Positions 5,908 to 13,613 of a DNA stretch of 17,896 nucleotides are shown one piece after another. The notes under the pieces are model-generated. The model made no database searches. It was not told where the DNA came from and was given only the letters and a program-made list of their open reading frames with translations. A program made the translations under genes and the position numbers. The first letter of the stretch is position 1. Every line of letters begins with the position of its first letter. Source of the stretch: a virus. The stretch is taken from the IMG/VR virus record IMGVR_UViG_3300025834_000039; one strand, given 5' to 3'.

Positions 5908-7662
5908 TTACACCCCCTTTATTGTGTTAGTAGTATTATAATTATACATAAACGTTTCATCATGCCAAATAGTTAAACCATTGTTAAACATATCATTCAG
6001 CGCGTTCAAGTCCTCAAAAGGAACATTACCGTATGTCGATGTATTAACACATTTAATATAGTTCCATCGTTCCCGCGTTTTAAAACTAGGCGTTTCAACT
6101 GAATTAACTTGATACCCGAACATTTGAAAATACATATCAATTATGCGCGCGTATTCGGGTTTTATTCCTACTTGTTCCATAAAGAATGTTGCGGTATCTC
6201 TCGCTAAATCTAAACCACTTGAAGCGGTTGACCCTTTACAACTATTGGGTTGTACTTGCGCGTCTTGTACACTTGCAACAATGCTTTTAATACTGTTTTG
6301 GTAATTAACATTATTCATTAAACTACTATTTGATAAGTCGTTTTGTGCATTTCTACCGCCTTGCTGATAATCCAAATAAGTATTTGCTACCCCGCCTATT
6401 GCGTTAGTTGCTCCACCTAGAAAATTACCCGACCCAATCGCATTAGCGGTTGATAGTGCGGTATTAATTGCGCCTTTTTCCGCGCTAGTGTTTAGGTTAT
6501 CACGCGTATTATTGAAGTTCGCGCCCATTACTGAATTTTGCGCCCTAAATGATGAGGTAGCATTTGCACTCTGCGCGTTAATACTGTTTACGTGTTGTGC
6601 GTACCAATTGGAATAATTATCGTTATTCCATGAACATAACGGGAAATCTTGCATTGATATACTGTCGTCAATTGCGTATGCTTTCCCGCCATAGTTAGTA
6701 GGGGTCAATGTGATATGCGGGTTTTGTGTAACAACCGCTTCAAGTTTAAATTTAATATTGGTTATGTCGTCAAACAATTCAAGTTTCAAAACTACATTAC
6801 CGCCACTAGAATTTTTAACAGTTATGAAATTAAACGGGTAGCAATATAATTTATTATTGTATGGGGCGTAACTATCGCCCTTATGTGTGAAATTATGGTC
6901 TTGAGTTATCCAATGAAAAGTATCTTCACTAACTAAGTTGCCCATAAACCCCGTTATAGTTGTTCCGCTACTCATTGGGTCTGCCATCATATCAAATAGA
7001 AAAGCTGACGGGAATGTAAATATAAATGCTATTGCGTCGGCTTTTCCCTCTGTTGCAAGTGCTTGTATATCTCGATTAATACCGTCGGTATCATTAAAAG
7101 CATAATATTTTATTGCAAAACCGCTATACGTTTTACCGAAAATATCGCCACCAATAGAAGTACCGTCAGTAACCGCCATCATAAAACATGGATTACCTTG
7201 TAGAAGTGCAACGGGTTTTTTAAAGTGGGTTACATAGTCGCCTAGTTCAAAACTTTCGGGTATAGTATTTTTTCCTATTGTATCGTTAATCGTATGTTTA
7301 CGTTCAACCATGCAAGTCGAAAAATGAAAGTCAAATTGCCATGTTTGAAAGTCGTCTATTTGAATTGTTAACTCTGTTGTATCTTTTGCGATGAAATTTT
7401 TTGCAACAATCCAAAAGTAAAAAGTTTTACTTGTTCCCATGTATTCATTAGTATAGAAACCATAGTTACAATTTTGTAATGTATCAACGTAACCCTTAAC
7501 GCGAACTTTTGACGTCCTCGCTTGATATTTACATTTAATATAAGTGTCAATTGCTTTACTTGTAAAATACGTTGCTTGTTCGGTTATAGTTGCAAAATCT
7601 ATTTGGTTGGTTGGTGTAATTGGTACACTACATAAAACAATACTTGCAATTGCGTTGCTCAT
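5908..7662 (-). CDS. Tail knob / distal tail tube protein (phi29 gp9-like)
   Basis: 584 aa, against roughly 600 aa for phi29 gp9. The N-terminal pattern (...NYGFYTN...KTFYFWIV...TELTIQIDDFQTWQF) parallels the gp9 block (...YIMFQN...KWFYAFV...VHFEIDVLQTW). SD is AAGGGGGTG. Position is compatible with the phi29 order (knob next to the connector), although the head-fibre gene seen in phi29 is absent here. Confidence 0.7.
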   Translation of the reverse strand: MSNAIASIVLCSVPITPTNQIDFATITEQATYFTSKAIDTYIKCKYQARTSKVRVKGYVDTLQNCNYGFYTNEYMGTSKTFYFWIVAKNFIAKDTTELTIQIDDFQTWQFDFHFSTCMVERKHTINDTIGKNTIPESFELGDYVTHFKKPVALLQGNPCFMMAVTDGTSIGGDIFGKTYSGFAIKYYAFNDTDGINRDIQALATEGKADAIAFIFTFPSAFLFDMMADPMSSGTTITGFMGNLVSEDTFHWITQDHNFTHKGDSYAPYNNKLYCYPFNFITVKNSSGGNVVLKLELFDDITNIKFKLEAVVTQNPHITLTPTNYGGKAYAIDDSISMQDFPLCSWNNDNYSNWYAQHVNSINAQSANATSSFRAQNSVMGANFNNTRDNLNTSAEKGAINTALSTANAIGSGNFLGGATNAIGGVANTYLDYQQGGRNAQNDLSNSSLMNNVNYQNSIKSIVASVQDAQVQPNSCKGSTASSGLDLARDTATFFMEQVGIKPEYARIIDMYFQMFGYQVNSVETPSFKTRERWNYIKCVNTSTYGNVPFEDLNALNDMFNNGLTIWHDETFMYNYNTTNTIKGV

Positions 7663-7675
7663 AGTTTCACCCCCT

Positions 7676-7695
7676 TAGCGGGTTTAACCCCGCTA
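7676..7695 (-). other. Hairpin immediately 3' of the capsid gene
   Basis: TAGCGGG (7676-7682) / CCCGCTA (7689-7695) with a 6-nt loop. It lies between the MCP stop (7699) and the SD of the next gene and has no U-tract. It may be a 3' stabiliser or partial attenuator that raises MCP output relative to downstream genes. Confidence 0.45.
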
Positions 7696-7698
7696 TTA

Positions 7699-8982
7699 TT
7701 ATATTTGATTAGTTATTGTTATTACTTGTGTTGCGGTTATTCCACTACCATCTAAAGCCGTTGCGGTAATTGTTGCCGTTCCATTTCCTATTGCTGATAC
7801 TAAACCACTTGACGCAACTGTTGCTACTAGTGGCGCGCTACTTGTCCATGTTACTGTTTTAACGCTTGCGGTAGTAGGGGCAATAGTAGAAGTCAATTGA
7901 GTTGTTCCATTGTTAACGGTAATTGTTGAAGTTCCGCTAATAGTAATACCCGTTACCTCTGACTTAGGTTTACCGAAAGCGGTCATATTCGCAAACATTG
8001 AAACGAAAAGAAATTGCCAATGATGTAACCAATAATTCCAACTAAGCGCACTTCCTAACTTTTGGTCGTCAGTTTCAAAAACACTATCAATTATTTGTAT
8101 TGCGTCAATGTCACATAAAACCGCGTAAACGTCATAGTTAGCACTAGGGAAATTGTCAACTAGTATTGTCATTGCTTCAAGTTGAACAATATCGACATGG
8201 AACAATGTTGCTAGTACCTCATAATTTATTTCTGTTTGTGCGTCACTTCTTAATAGTAATGCTTGTCTACTTGGGTCACAAAAGGTAATACATGGAGTTT
8301 CGCCGTTTGCTATGTCGTCGGCGTTTATTAGGTTGTACCCCGCGAACTCTGTTGTTGGAAAACTATAAGATTTACTAACATTTGAAATAGTTTTTTGTAA
8401 TACTTTCGGGTCTGCTAGGTCGGTTCTAATTACTTGTACCGCTCCTTCGTCTATAGCTTTTGCAATACAACCCTTTGTTAAAAGAAACTCGTCTATTTGG
8501 TCGCCCGAATACATACTTGATAGTATTTTACTATATAGTGACATAAAAGCGTGTTCGCTTGTAAAGGCTTGTTGTAGTTGCGCCCTTGTAACTGTTACCG
8601 CATACATTGATTGACGATTTAAACCATAATAACAAGTCTTGCCGTCGGGTTTTGTTTGTTTCAATAATTTTGTTCCATCGGTGTCGAAACCTTGGTCAGT
8701 TGCGGGATTAACAAAAATTTCCTCGATTGTTCTACCATAAGGAACTCCCCCCGCTTGCTTCAATCTTGCTAGTGGGTTGTTGAACATTTTTGATTTAACA
8801 TTACTTAATGCAACCTTGTTAATTAATGAAGAAATATATTCATTCATAATATTTTTATCTGACGTTATAGCGTCCCCGACTTGTTTTAAATTATCTTTTG
8901 TGTATTCGGGTACTCTGTCTTGGTATAACTCGTTTGCATTATCTAAAATTGCACCTAGAATTAAAGTTGTTGTTAATGCCAT
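7699..8982 (-). CDS. Major capsid protein (phi29 gp8-like) with C-terminal Big_2 Ig-like domain
   Basis: The block NNPLARLKQAGGVPYGRTIEEIFVNP matches remembered phi29 gp8 [24 protein letters not shown]. The C-terminal ~80 aa (ITISGTSTITVNNGTTQLTSTI...VTWTSS...ATVASSGLVSAIGNGTATITATALDGSGITA) is a textbook Big_2 repeat, which gp8 also carries. Confidence 0.92.
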   Translation of the reverse strand: MALTTTLILGAILDNANELYQDRVPEYTKDNLKQVGDAITSDKNIMNEYISSLINKVALSNVKSKMFNNPLARLKQAGGVPYGRTIEEIFVNPATDQGFDTDGTKLLKQTKPDGKTCYYGLNRQSMYAVTVTRAQLQQAFTSEHAFMSLYSKILSSMYSGDQIDEFLLTKGCIAKAIDEGAVQVIRTDLADPKVLQKTISNVSKSYSFPTTEFAGYNLINADDIANGETPCITFCDPSRQALLLRSDAQTEINYEVLATLFHVDIVQLEAMTILVDNFPSANYDVYAVLCDIDAIQIIDSVFETDDQKLGSALSWNYWLHHWQFLFVSMFANMTAFGKPKSEVTGITISGTSTITVNNGTTQLTSTIAPTTASVKTVTWTSSAPLVATVASSGLVSAIGNGTATITATALDGSGITATQVITITNQI

Positions 8983-8995
8983 TATTAATCACTCC

Positions 8996-9307
8996 TTAAA
9001 AGTTTTTTTCTAAATCTTCATATGAACGTTTTGGCGGTTCTTTTGTTTCGTCGTCGGTTGTTGTATCTGCTTTTGTTTCTTTCCCGCTATGTTTTTGAGA
9101 ACTATTTTCAAGCCATAACTCATTGTTTAGTTTTGCGTATTTGTTACTTTCCGCAATTGCGGTATCTGCTGACGTTTTAAATGTATCGCGTTCGCTTAGT
9201 ATTCCCGTATAATCGCGCTCTAATTGTACGATTAAATTCATTCTATCCGCGTCACTTGTACAATTTTTTACATCATTTAATATTTTATTGTGTTCGTCTT
9301 TTGTCAT
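8996..9307 (-). CDS. Scaffolding protein (phi29 gp7-like by position and composition)
   Basis: 103-aa ORF predicted to be helical and highly charged, with an acidic/lysine-rich C-terminal tail. It lies directly upstream of the MCP gene. SD is AAAGGAGGTG. Confidence 0.6.
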   Translation of the reverse strand: MTKDEHNKILNDVKNCTSDADRMNLIVQLERDYTGILSERDTFKTSADTAIAESNKYAKLNNELWLENSSQKHSGKETKADTTTDDETKEPPKRSYEDLEKNF

Positions 9308-9324
9308 TTTTTCGCACCTCCTTT

Positions 9325-10275
9325 TTATGTGTTGGCTTTAATCTGATTGGGGTTTATATAATTATAGCATACGCTCCCGCCATAGACTAACATTATAAAA
9401 CCATCGTTCCTAACATCTTTAATATTATACGATTTTACGTCAAATGTCAACTTTTTCCCCGTAAAATTTTGCCCTATTTGTCGTTTATTATGATTGAATG
9501 TAAAGTCCATTTTTACTAACCTATTTACGGGTATCATTGGCGGTTGATATTCATAATCGGGCGTTGGCGGGTCTGTTGGTGGGTCAACCGCAATCATTAC
9601 CGTTGGGGGCATTGGTTGAACATATCCAATCGTCGCAAGTTTCCTTAAAAATAATATTTGCGCGTCAGATAATTTTTTTATATTATATGAAGTTTCTAAA
9701 ATTTTTGCGTATACGTCGCCGTCGGGCATTTCGTTTGGCGGTGGGTCAACGGGCGGGTCAACGGGTGGGTCGTTCGGGTCGCCACTACCACCATACACCA
9801 TTGACGTGTTGAACTCATTTGCTGACGGTATACGTGTACTTGTTAGATGATTAGTAGAAGGGGCGGGACGTTCCCAACAATAGCACCACGCCGACGTTAA
9901 GAAGTCAATTGAACTTGTACCCGCTCTAAAGCTCGATATTGGACAACTGAATGAAATTCCACCCGTTACACTACTAGAAGGGGGGTTTATCCATTGATTA
10001 TCCGCGCCCGTTTCGGTTCTATTCTCTCCCGTCAATTCACTCCATAAAAAATTACATTGATGTGTTAAATCAGTTCCATACGCTTCAAGTTGTGTACGCC
10101 GTCCGTAACTCCATTGGCATAAACCGAAACCGACACCCGTTCCCGCTTCAATAGCTGACGCGTCCCATGAACTTTCAGCGGTTATATTTCCCATTATTGA
10201 AACTATTGACTTATGCGGTAAACCCTTGTCATGTAAAAAGTCATATACAAATTGTTGTATTTCTGCGCTTGTCAT
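9325..10275 (-). CDS. Virion-associated peptidoglycan hydrolase (phage tail lysozyme domain) with two proline-rich linkers
   Basis: N-terminal IMGNITAESSWDASAIEAGTGVGFGLCQWSYGRRTQL fits the phage tail lysozyme signature (GNI..ES ... G.G..QW). Linkers are DPNDPPVDPPVDPPPNE and PMPPTVMIAVDPPTDPPTPDYEYQPP. The C-terminal ~70-aa domain is unassigned. SD is TAGGAGGT. Confidence 0.7.
   Translation of the reverse strand: MTSAEIQQFVYDFLHDKGLPHKSIVSIMGNITAESSWDASAIEAGTGVGFGLCQWSYGRRTQLEAYGTDLTHQCNFLWSELTGENRTETGADNQWINPPSSSVTGGISFSCPISSFRAGTSSIDFLTSAWCYCWERPAPSTNHLTSTRIPSANEFNTSMVYGGSGDPNDPPVDPPVDPPPNEMPDGDVYAKILETSYNIKKLSDAQILFLRKLATIGYVQPMPPTVMIAVDPPTDPPTPDYEYQPPMIPVNRLVKMDFTFNHNKRQIGQNFTGKKLTFDVKSYNIKDVRNDGFIMLVYGGSVCYNYINPNQIKANT
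9736..9780 (-). repeat. Imperfect 12-nt tandem repeat encoding a (DPPV)n linker
   Basis: Plus strand reads GGGTCAACGGGC GGGTCAACGGGT GGGTCGTTCGGGTC, a local GC-rich island inside the tail lysozyme gene. Confidence 0.8.
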
Positions 10276-10293
10276 TTGTTAATACCTCCTATA

Positions 10294-10319
10294 AAAGCAC
10301 CCTATTAATAGAGTGCTTT
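10294..10319 (-). terminator. Weak terminator or attenuator hairpin after the holin gene
   Basis: 10-bp stem AAAGCACCCT / AGAGTGCTTT with one mismatch, which becomes a G-U pair in minus-strand RNA. The loop is ATTAAT. Minus-strand RNA continues with a short UUUUAU and then the SD of the next gene, so termination is probably partial. Confidence 0.4.
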
Positions 10320-10325
10320 AATTTA

Positions 10326-10535
10326 TTAATAATCAGATATACCGCTAGTGCTTGTATCAACCGACACGCCCAACATACCTAGTAATAAAAATATTGAGTT
10401 AATTATATTTGCATAATCTTTTGGTATATAATTCGATAAGTCAAAACCTAATTGTTGCGATAATACAATCAATAGTGATATTATACCCACCCACCAAACC
10501 TTACTTTGTAATCTTTGTTTCCATTGAATATTCAT
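10326..10535 (-). CDS. Holin, phage phi-LC3 / holin_4_1 family type
   Basis: 69 aa. WKQRLQSKVWWVGIISLLIVLSQQLG and NSIFLLLGMLGVSVDTSTSGISDY match the family pattern (N-terminal W.KRLKNK.FW, two TM segments, C-terminal DPTT.G.SDS-like tail). SD is GGAGGAAAAAGA. Confidence 0.88.
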   Translation of the reverse strand: MNIQWKQRLQSKVWWVGIISLLIVLSQQLGFDLSNYIPKDYANIINSIFLLLGMLGVSVDTSTSGISDY

Positions 10536-10683
10536 TCTTTTTCCTCCATCTTTTTATAATATAGTGGTCACATTCGGTAATACCTTTTGTGAAGCAATCT
10601 GTCATTGTTTCGGGAATGTAAAAACAATCACTACAAGTATTGCGCTTGTAGCATGAATTACATAAACACGATACCGCGCACAT
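10501..10683 (-). CDS. Cys-rich microprotein (8 Cys in 60 aa), possibly zinc-binding; unknown function
   Basis: The start ATG overlaps the upstream stop (TAATG), which suggests translational coupling. Cys occur at positions 2, 6, 8, 11, 17, 20, 30 and 38, including CNSC and CSDC pairs. The 3' end overlaps the holin start by 35 nt in another frame. If this ORF were noncoding it would leave an unusual ~150-nt gap in a tightly packed operon. Confidence 0.5.
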   Translation of the reverse strand: MCAVSCLCNSCYKRNTCSDCFYIPETMTDCFTKGITECDHYIIKRWRKKNEYSMETKITK

Positions 10684-10985
10684 TATGACACGTCTTTTCT
10701 TTTTATATAATCTATATCGTCAATTCTCTTTTGATTGATTTTAACTAGTTCCTCAACTCTTATTAGTCGTTCGCTGAATGAATCAAATTTACCATCTTGC
10801 GAAACTTGTTTAACTTGAATACTCGTTACGCCTTGTTGTATATAATCAAGTTTTGTCGTTAAAATTGCGTTATCTCTCGTTTCTTGTTTTAAATCTTTTA
10901 TCCCGCCTTTTCGTAATGTTAAGTACGATACTAGTACACCGATAAAAACAACAACTATTGTTAATTGTGGAACTGTTACTACCAT
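10683..10985 (-). CDS. Membrane-anchored coiled-coil protein of the lysis cassette (holin accessory / antiholin-like candidate)
   Basis: 100 aa with an N-terminal TM segment (LTIVVVFIGVLVSYLTL) followed by a charged heptad-like region. It sits between the endolysin and holin genes. I recognise no confident family match. Confidence 0.5.
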   Translation of the reverse strand: MVVTVPQLTIVVVFIGVLVSYLTLRKGGIKDLKQETRDNAILTTKLDYIQQGVTSIQVKQVSQDGKFDSFSERLIRVEELVKINQKRIDDIDYIKRKDVS

Positions 10986-10986
10986 A

Positions 10987-11901
10987 TTAAATCGCCTTCA
11001 ATCCTAAAATTTTTGACCATGTTTTACGCCCCATGATACCGTCGCTAGTGAGTTTATTTTGTTTTTGGTATAATATTATAGCTTGTCTTGTTATGTTCCC
11101 AAATATACCATCATTGTCAATATTGAGGTATGTTTGTACCCACTTGGTAATTTTACCGCTTGCGCCTTGTTTCAATGTTGGACACGCTGACAATGTTAAT
11201 TCACCCGCCACGCCATCAATTACCAATTTATTACCATTTTTGTCTTTTAAGTTTTGCGCGTTTAATTCGGCTTGTAGCACTCCTATATTATTAATTAAGT
11301 TAGTTGACGCTACTTGTTTATTAATAAAAAAATTAGCTTCATTATATAACATACTAACGTCTAAATCGCCTAATGCAAAACGGTACTCATGCGAACTAGA
11401 AGTATATTGCCATGCTACTATGTTACAATCTTTTATTATTGGTTTATCTTTTGCGGAAAAATCAGCAACCCACCAAAAATTGTTTTTTTTAAAGTATTCT
11501 GAAAAATGTTCCTCGATATAGTATCGCCCGCTATAAATTAGCATTTTTTGCCCGCTCAACCTATAAAATTCTGCAATGAATTGCTCTGAATAGTATTCGG
11601 CGTTATTTGCCAAACTGTCTTGCTCCACGTCCAAAACGGGCATAATTTGATATTGCTTGTCCTTGATTTTATTCCAAAAATTTTGCGCTTGGGTAATTGG
11701 TGAACTTGTAGAAGTTAGATAATGATAGAAACCGACATTATTAGTATCTTTTAATGCGGTGTAAAAAATATCAACAATATGGTCAATGTATGTCGTACCC
11801 TCTGTTGCTTTCATTATTACCCCTTTTAAATTAGCGTCTTTTATCTTATCTAATGATAAAATAGTATTATGTTCGCTAATATCTATAAATTTAATACACA
11901 T
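10987..11901 (-). CDS. Endolysin: GH25 muramidase plus C-terminal PG_binding_1 repeats
   Basis: GH25 landmarks are present: IDISEHN, GVIMKATEGTTYID, GFYHY, PVLDVE, LIYSG, WWVADF, VAWQYTS, GDLDVS. The C-terminus reads DGVAGELTLSA ... DGIFGNITRQAIILYQKQNKLTSDGIMGRKTWSKIL, the PG_binding_1 pattern. SD is AAAAGGGGGGT. Confidence 0.9.
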   Translation of the reverse strand: MCIKFIDISEHNTILSLDKIKDANLKGVIMKATEGTTYIDHIVDIFYTALKDTNNVGFYHYLTSTSSPITQAQNFWNKIKDKQYQIMPVLDVEQDSLANNAEYYSEQFIAEFYRLSGQKMLIYSGRYYIEEHFSEYFKKNNFWWVADFSAKDKPIIKDCNIVAWQYTSSSHEYRFALGDLDVSMLYNEANFFINKQVASTNLINNIGVLQAELNAQNLKDKNGNKLVIDGVAGELTLSACPTLKQGASGKITKWVQTYLNIDNDGIFGNITRQAIILYQKQNKLTSDGIMGRKTWSKILGLKAI

Positions 11902-11934
11902 TATTTGTACCCCCCTTTTCTATTATTTACCTTT

Positions 11935-11963
11935 AGTATACATTTTTCACCAAATAAATGCAA
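11935..11963 (-). promoter_or_regulatory. Candidate promoter for the lysis-morphogenesis operon
   Basis: On the minus strand: TTGCAT (11963-11958), 17-nt spacer, TATACT (11940-11935). It lies just downstream of the strong terminator and upstream of the endolysin SD. The -35 element is weak (3/6). Confidence 0.4.
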
Positions 11964-11973
11964 GCATAAAATA

Positions 11974-12016
11974 AAAATGTCACATTTAACAAATAAATTG
12001 TTAAATGTGACATTTT
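11974..12016 (-). terminator. Strong intrinsic terminator downstream of the packaging ATPase
   Basis: Perfect inverted repeat AAAATGTCACATTTAACAA / TTGTTAAATGTGACATTTT, 19 bp, around a 5-nt loop. On the minus strand it is followed by TTTTTATTTTAT. Confidence 0.8.
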
Positions 12017-12120
12017 ATAGAAGGTCAACATATTACGGTGACTAAACCGTAAAGCGTCCCCGTCAAGGGAAGTCAATCGCCTATTGATATGCTATAGCTT
12101 CACCACTTATAATAAACTAA
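12017..12120 (-). ncRNA. Structured noncoding element 3' of the packaging ATPase; candidate prohead RNA (pRNA). Hypothesis only.
   Basis: There is no ORF on either strand. Minus-strand RNA can form three adjacent hairpins: 12087-12073 (UCAAU/AUUGA), 12071-12057 (UUCCC/GGGGA) and 12052-12033 (7-bp stem containing ACGGU/ACCGU). A partial closing helix joins 12112-12102 to 12025-12015. The element ends at a strong terminator. phi29-type gp16 motors need a pRNA, and I recognise none elsewhere in the window. Confidence 0.3.
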
Positions 12121-13173
12121 TTATTTATATAAGTCAACACTAAGTATGTCAAAAATTGCGCTTTTCGATTTTATGTCGTCGAAACGTAAGTAACCATTAT
12201 TAAAAGCGTCCCGAATATTTTTCCATAAATACGAAAAGTGGTTTAACATTATTGTGTTTTGATTGTGGTCGCTTGCCTTAAATGCAACTATTTGTTTACA
12301 TGAGTTATCGGGTTTATGTGATACATATAAAACGCCATCGTCGAAAAATTCACGTATTCCAAAAGCGTTCCCGTCGTGCATTAAAGTAAATATATATTTA
12401 GCGCGCCCGCTTGGTTTTTCAATAAATATATCAGCGTCATGTAAATATACTTTTTCCGTTGAATAACTCATATAATCGTCTTTTTGAAATGCCTTGAAAA
12501 AACTATTATTTTTAATTGCTATCGACGCACTTTCGTTAAAACCAAATTCAGCAACCCAACCGCTCCCTCGCATAAAGTTAGTATTATTTTTTAATCTTTT
12601 GTGTATGTCAAAATTAATAAAATACGGGTTCATAATAGAAACCATGTTACCTAGCATAAACAATTTTACGTGTCTTGATTGTTGACCGCCACCACGCGCA
12701 ATTGTTAAATACACCGATTGAATTTTTTGCATTTCCTTATTTAAGTATTTCCCCGTTTCTGTTTGAAATTCATCGAATATAATATTATTTACTTCGGCGA
12801 ATATAGGGGAATATTTTTTAAGAGCGTCGGGGTTGCTTAATGGTATTGCATAACCAAATGAAATTTTATCGAGAAATATTTCATAGAATAAACCTTTCGC
12901 GTGACTAATGCAAGTCATTAATTTCCCATACTTAGGATATAATTTTAATACGTCCTTGAATATGTCAGCGCTAGAATTTAACTCATATGTGTATCTATAA
13001 ATTAAAACAACTTTGCTCCCGTCGTTTGTAAAATCGGCTAATGCTTTTTTTAAAAATGTTGTTGTTTTGCCCGCGCTCCTATTTGTCGTTATCATATAAA
13101 TAGAAGGTTCTTCACCGTCAAGGTCTTTCATGCTCAATATTTTTTGTGGGTTGTAATATGCTATATCTCCCAA
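12121..13173 (-). CDS. DNA encapsidation (packaging) ATPase, phi29 gp16-like
   Basis: YYNPQKILS matches gp16 FYNPQKMLS. Walker A is TNRSAGKT (13063-13086) and Walker B is IIFDEF. NPYFINF and NGYLRFDD match the gp16 blocks NPYFLFF and NGYLRFDN. TTG start lies 8 nt after SD AAGGAGG. Confidence 0.92.
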   Translation of the reverse strand: MGDIAYYNPQKILSMKDLDGEEPSIYMITTNRSAGKTTTFLKKALADFTNDGSKVVLIYRYTYELNSSADIFKDVLKLYPKYGKLMTCISHAKGLFYEIFLDKISFGYAIPLSNPDALKKYSPIFAEVNNIIFDEFQTETGKYLNKEMQKIQSVYLTIARGGGQQSRHVKLFMLGNMVSIMNPYFINFDIHKRLKNNTNFMRGSGWVAEFGFNESASIAIKNNSFFKAFQKDDYMSYSTEKVYLHDADIFIEKPSGRAKYIFTLMHDGNAFGIREFFDDGVLYVSHKPDNSCKQIVAFKASDHNQNTIMLNHFSYLWKNIRDAFNNGYLRFDDIKSKSAIFDILSVDLYK

Positions 13174-13192
13174 AACTTAATACCTCCTTATA

Positions 13193-13226
13193 AAAATACC
13201 CCGCATAATTTTATGCGGGGTATTTT
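13193..13226. terminator. Bidirectional terminator after the SSB gene
   Basis: 16-bp perfect palindrome arms AAAATACCCCGCATAA / TTATGCGGGGTATTTT. T-rich runs follow on both strands. It lies between the SSB stop (13236) and the ATPase SD and is probably leaky, because no clear promoter follows it. Confidence 0.7.
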
Positions 13227-13235
13227 GTAAATTTT

Positions 13236-13583
13236 TTAAACTAAATCTATATAGATAAATTCGCGTCCGCCGTTAGACTTCTTAGTTTTTATCATTACGT
13301 CAAGACCCGCTAGTATTTCTTTCTCTGAATAGCAATTTACGATTAATGATAAACTATTTTCAACGGTTGGTGAGATTGTGGAAATAAATTCGCCATCTTC
13401 ACGCTTTACGCATGATACTAATTTTGTTACCGATTGACCATCTTTGTCGAGTTCATCTTTTTCAAACATTATAACGCCCGTCATTTTGAAAGTGTCGCCT
13501 ATACAATCCTTGAACATGATAGTTGAATTTCCTGCTTTTATTAAGTCCTTCTTGTCTGTTGATATGTTTGTTAATATTTTCAT
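13236..13583 (-). CDS. Single-stranded DNA-binding protein (phi29 gp5-like)
   Basis: 115 aa. EDGEFISTISPTVENSLSLIVN and the C-terminal KTKKSNGGREFIYIDL parallel remembered gp5 blocks ADGSLYSAISKTVAEAASDLIDL and GTSSKGNVFFSLQL. The gene sits next to the p6-like gene, as in phi29. Confidence 0.6.
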   Translation of the reverse strand: MKILTNISTDKKDLIKAGNSTIMFKDCIGDTFKMTGVIMFEKDELDKDGQSVTKLVSCVKREDGEFISTISPTVENSLSLIVNCYSEKEILAGLDVMIKTKKSNGGREFIYIDLV

Positions 13584-13613
13584 TGTAATTCCCCCCGATT
13601 TTTATTTTGTGGT

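Noticed and set aside
7368-7550. 60-aa minus-strand ORF nested out of frame in the tail knob gene
   Set aside because: It lies fully inside the gp9-like ORF in another frame. It has no SD and no independent support.
11033-11521. 162-aa plus-strand ORF
   Set aside because: It is antisense to the GH25 endolysin gene, with hydrophobic low-complexity translation and no SD. I regard it as a shadow ORF.
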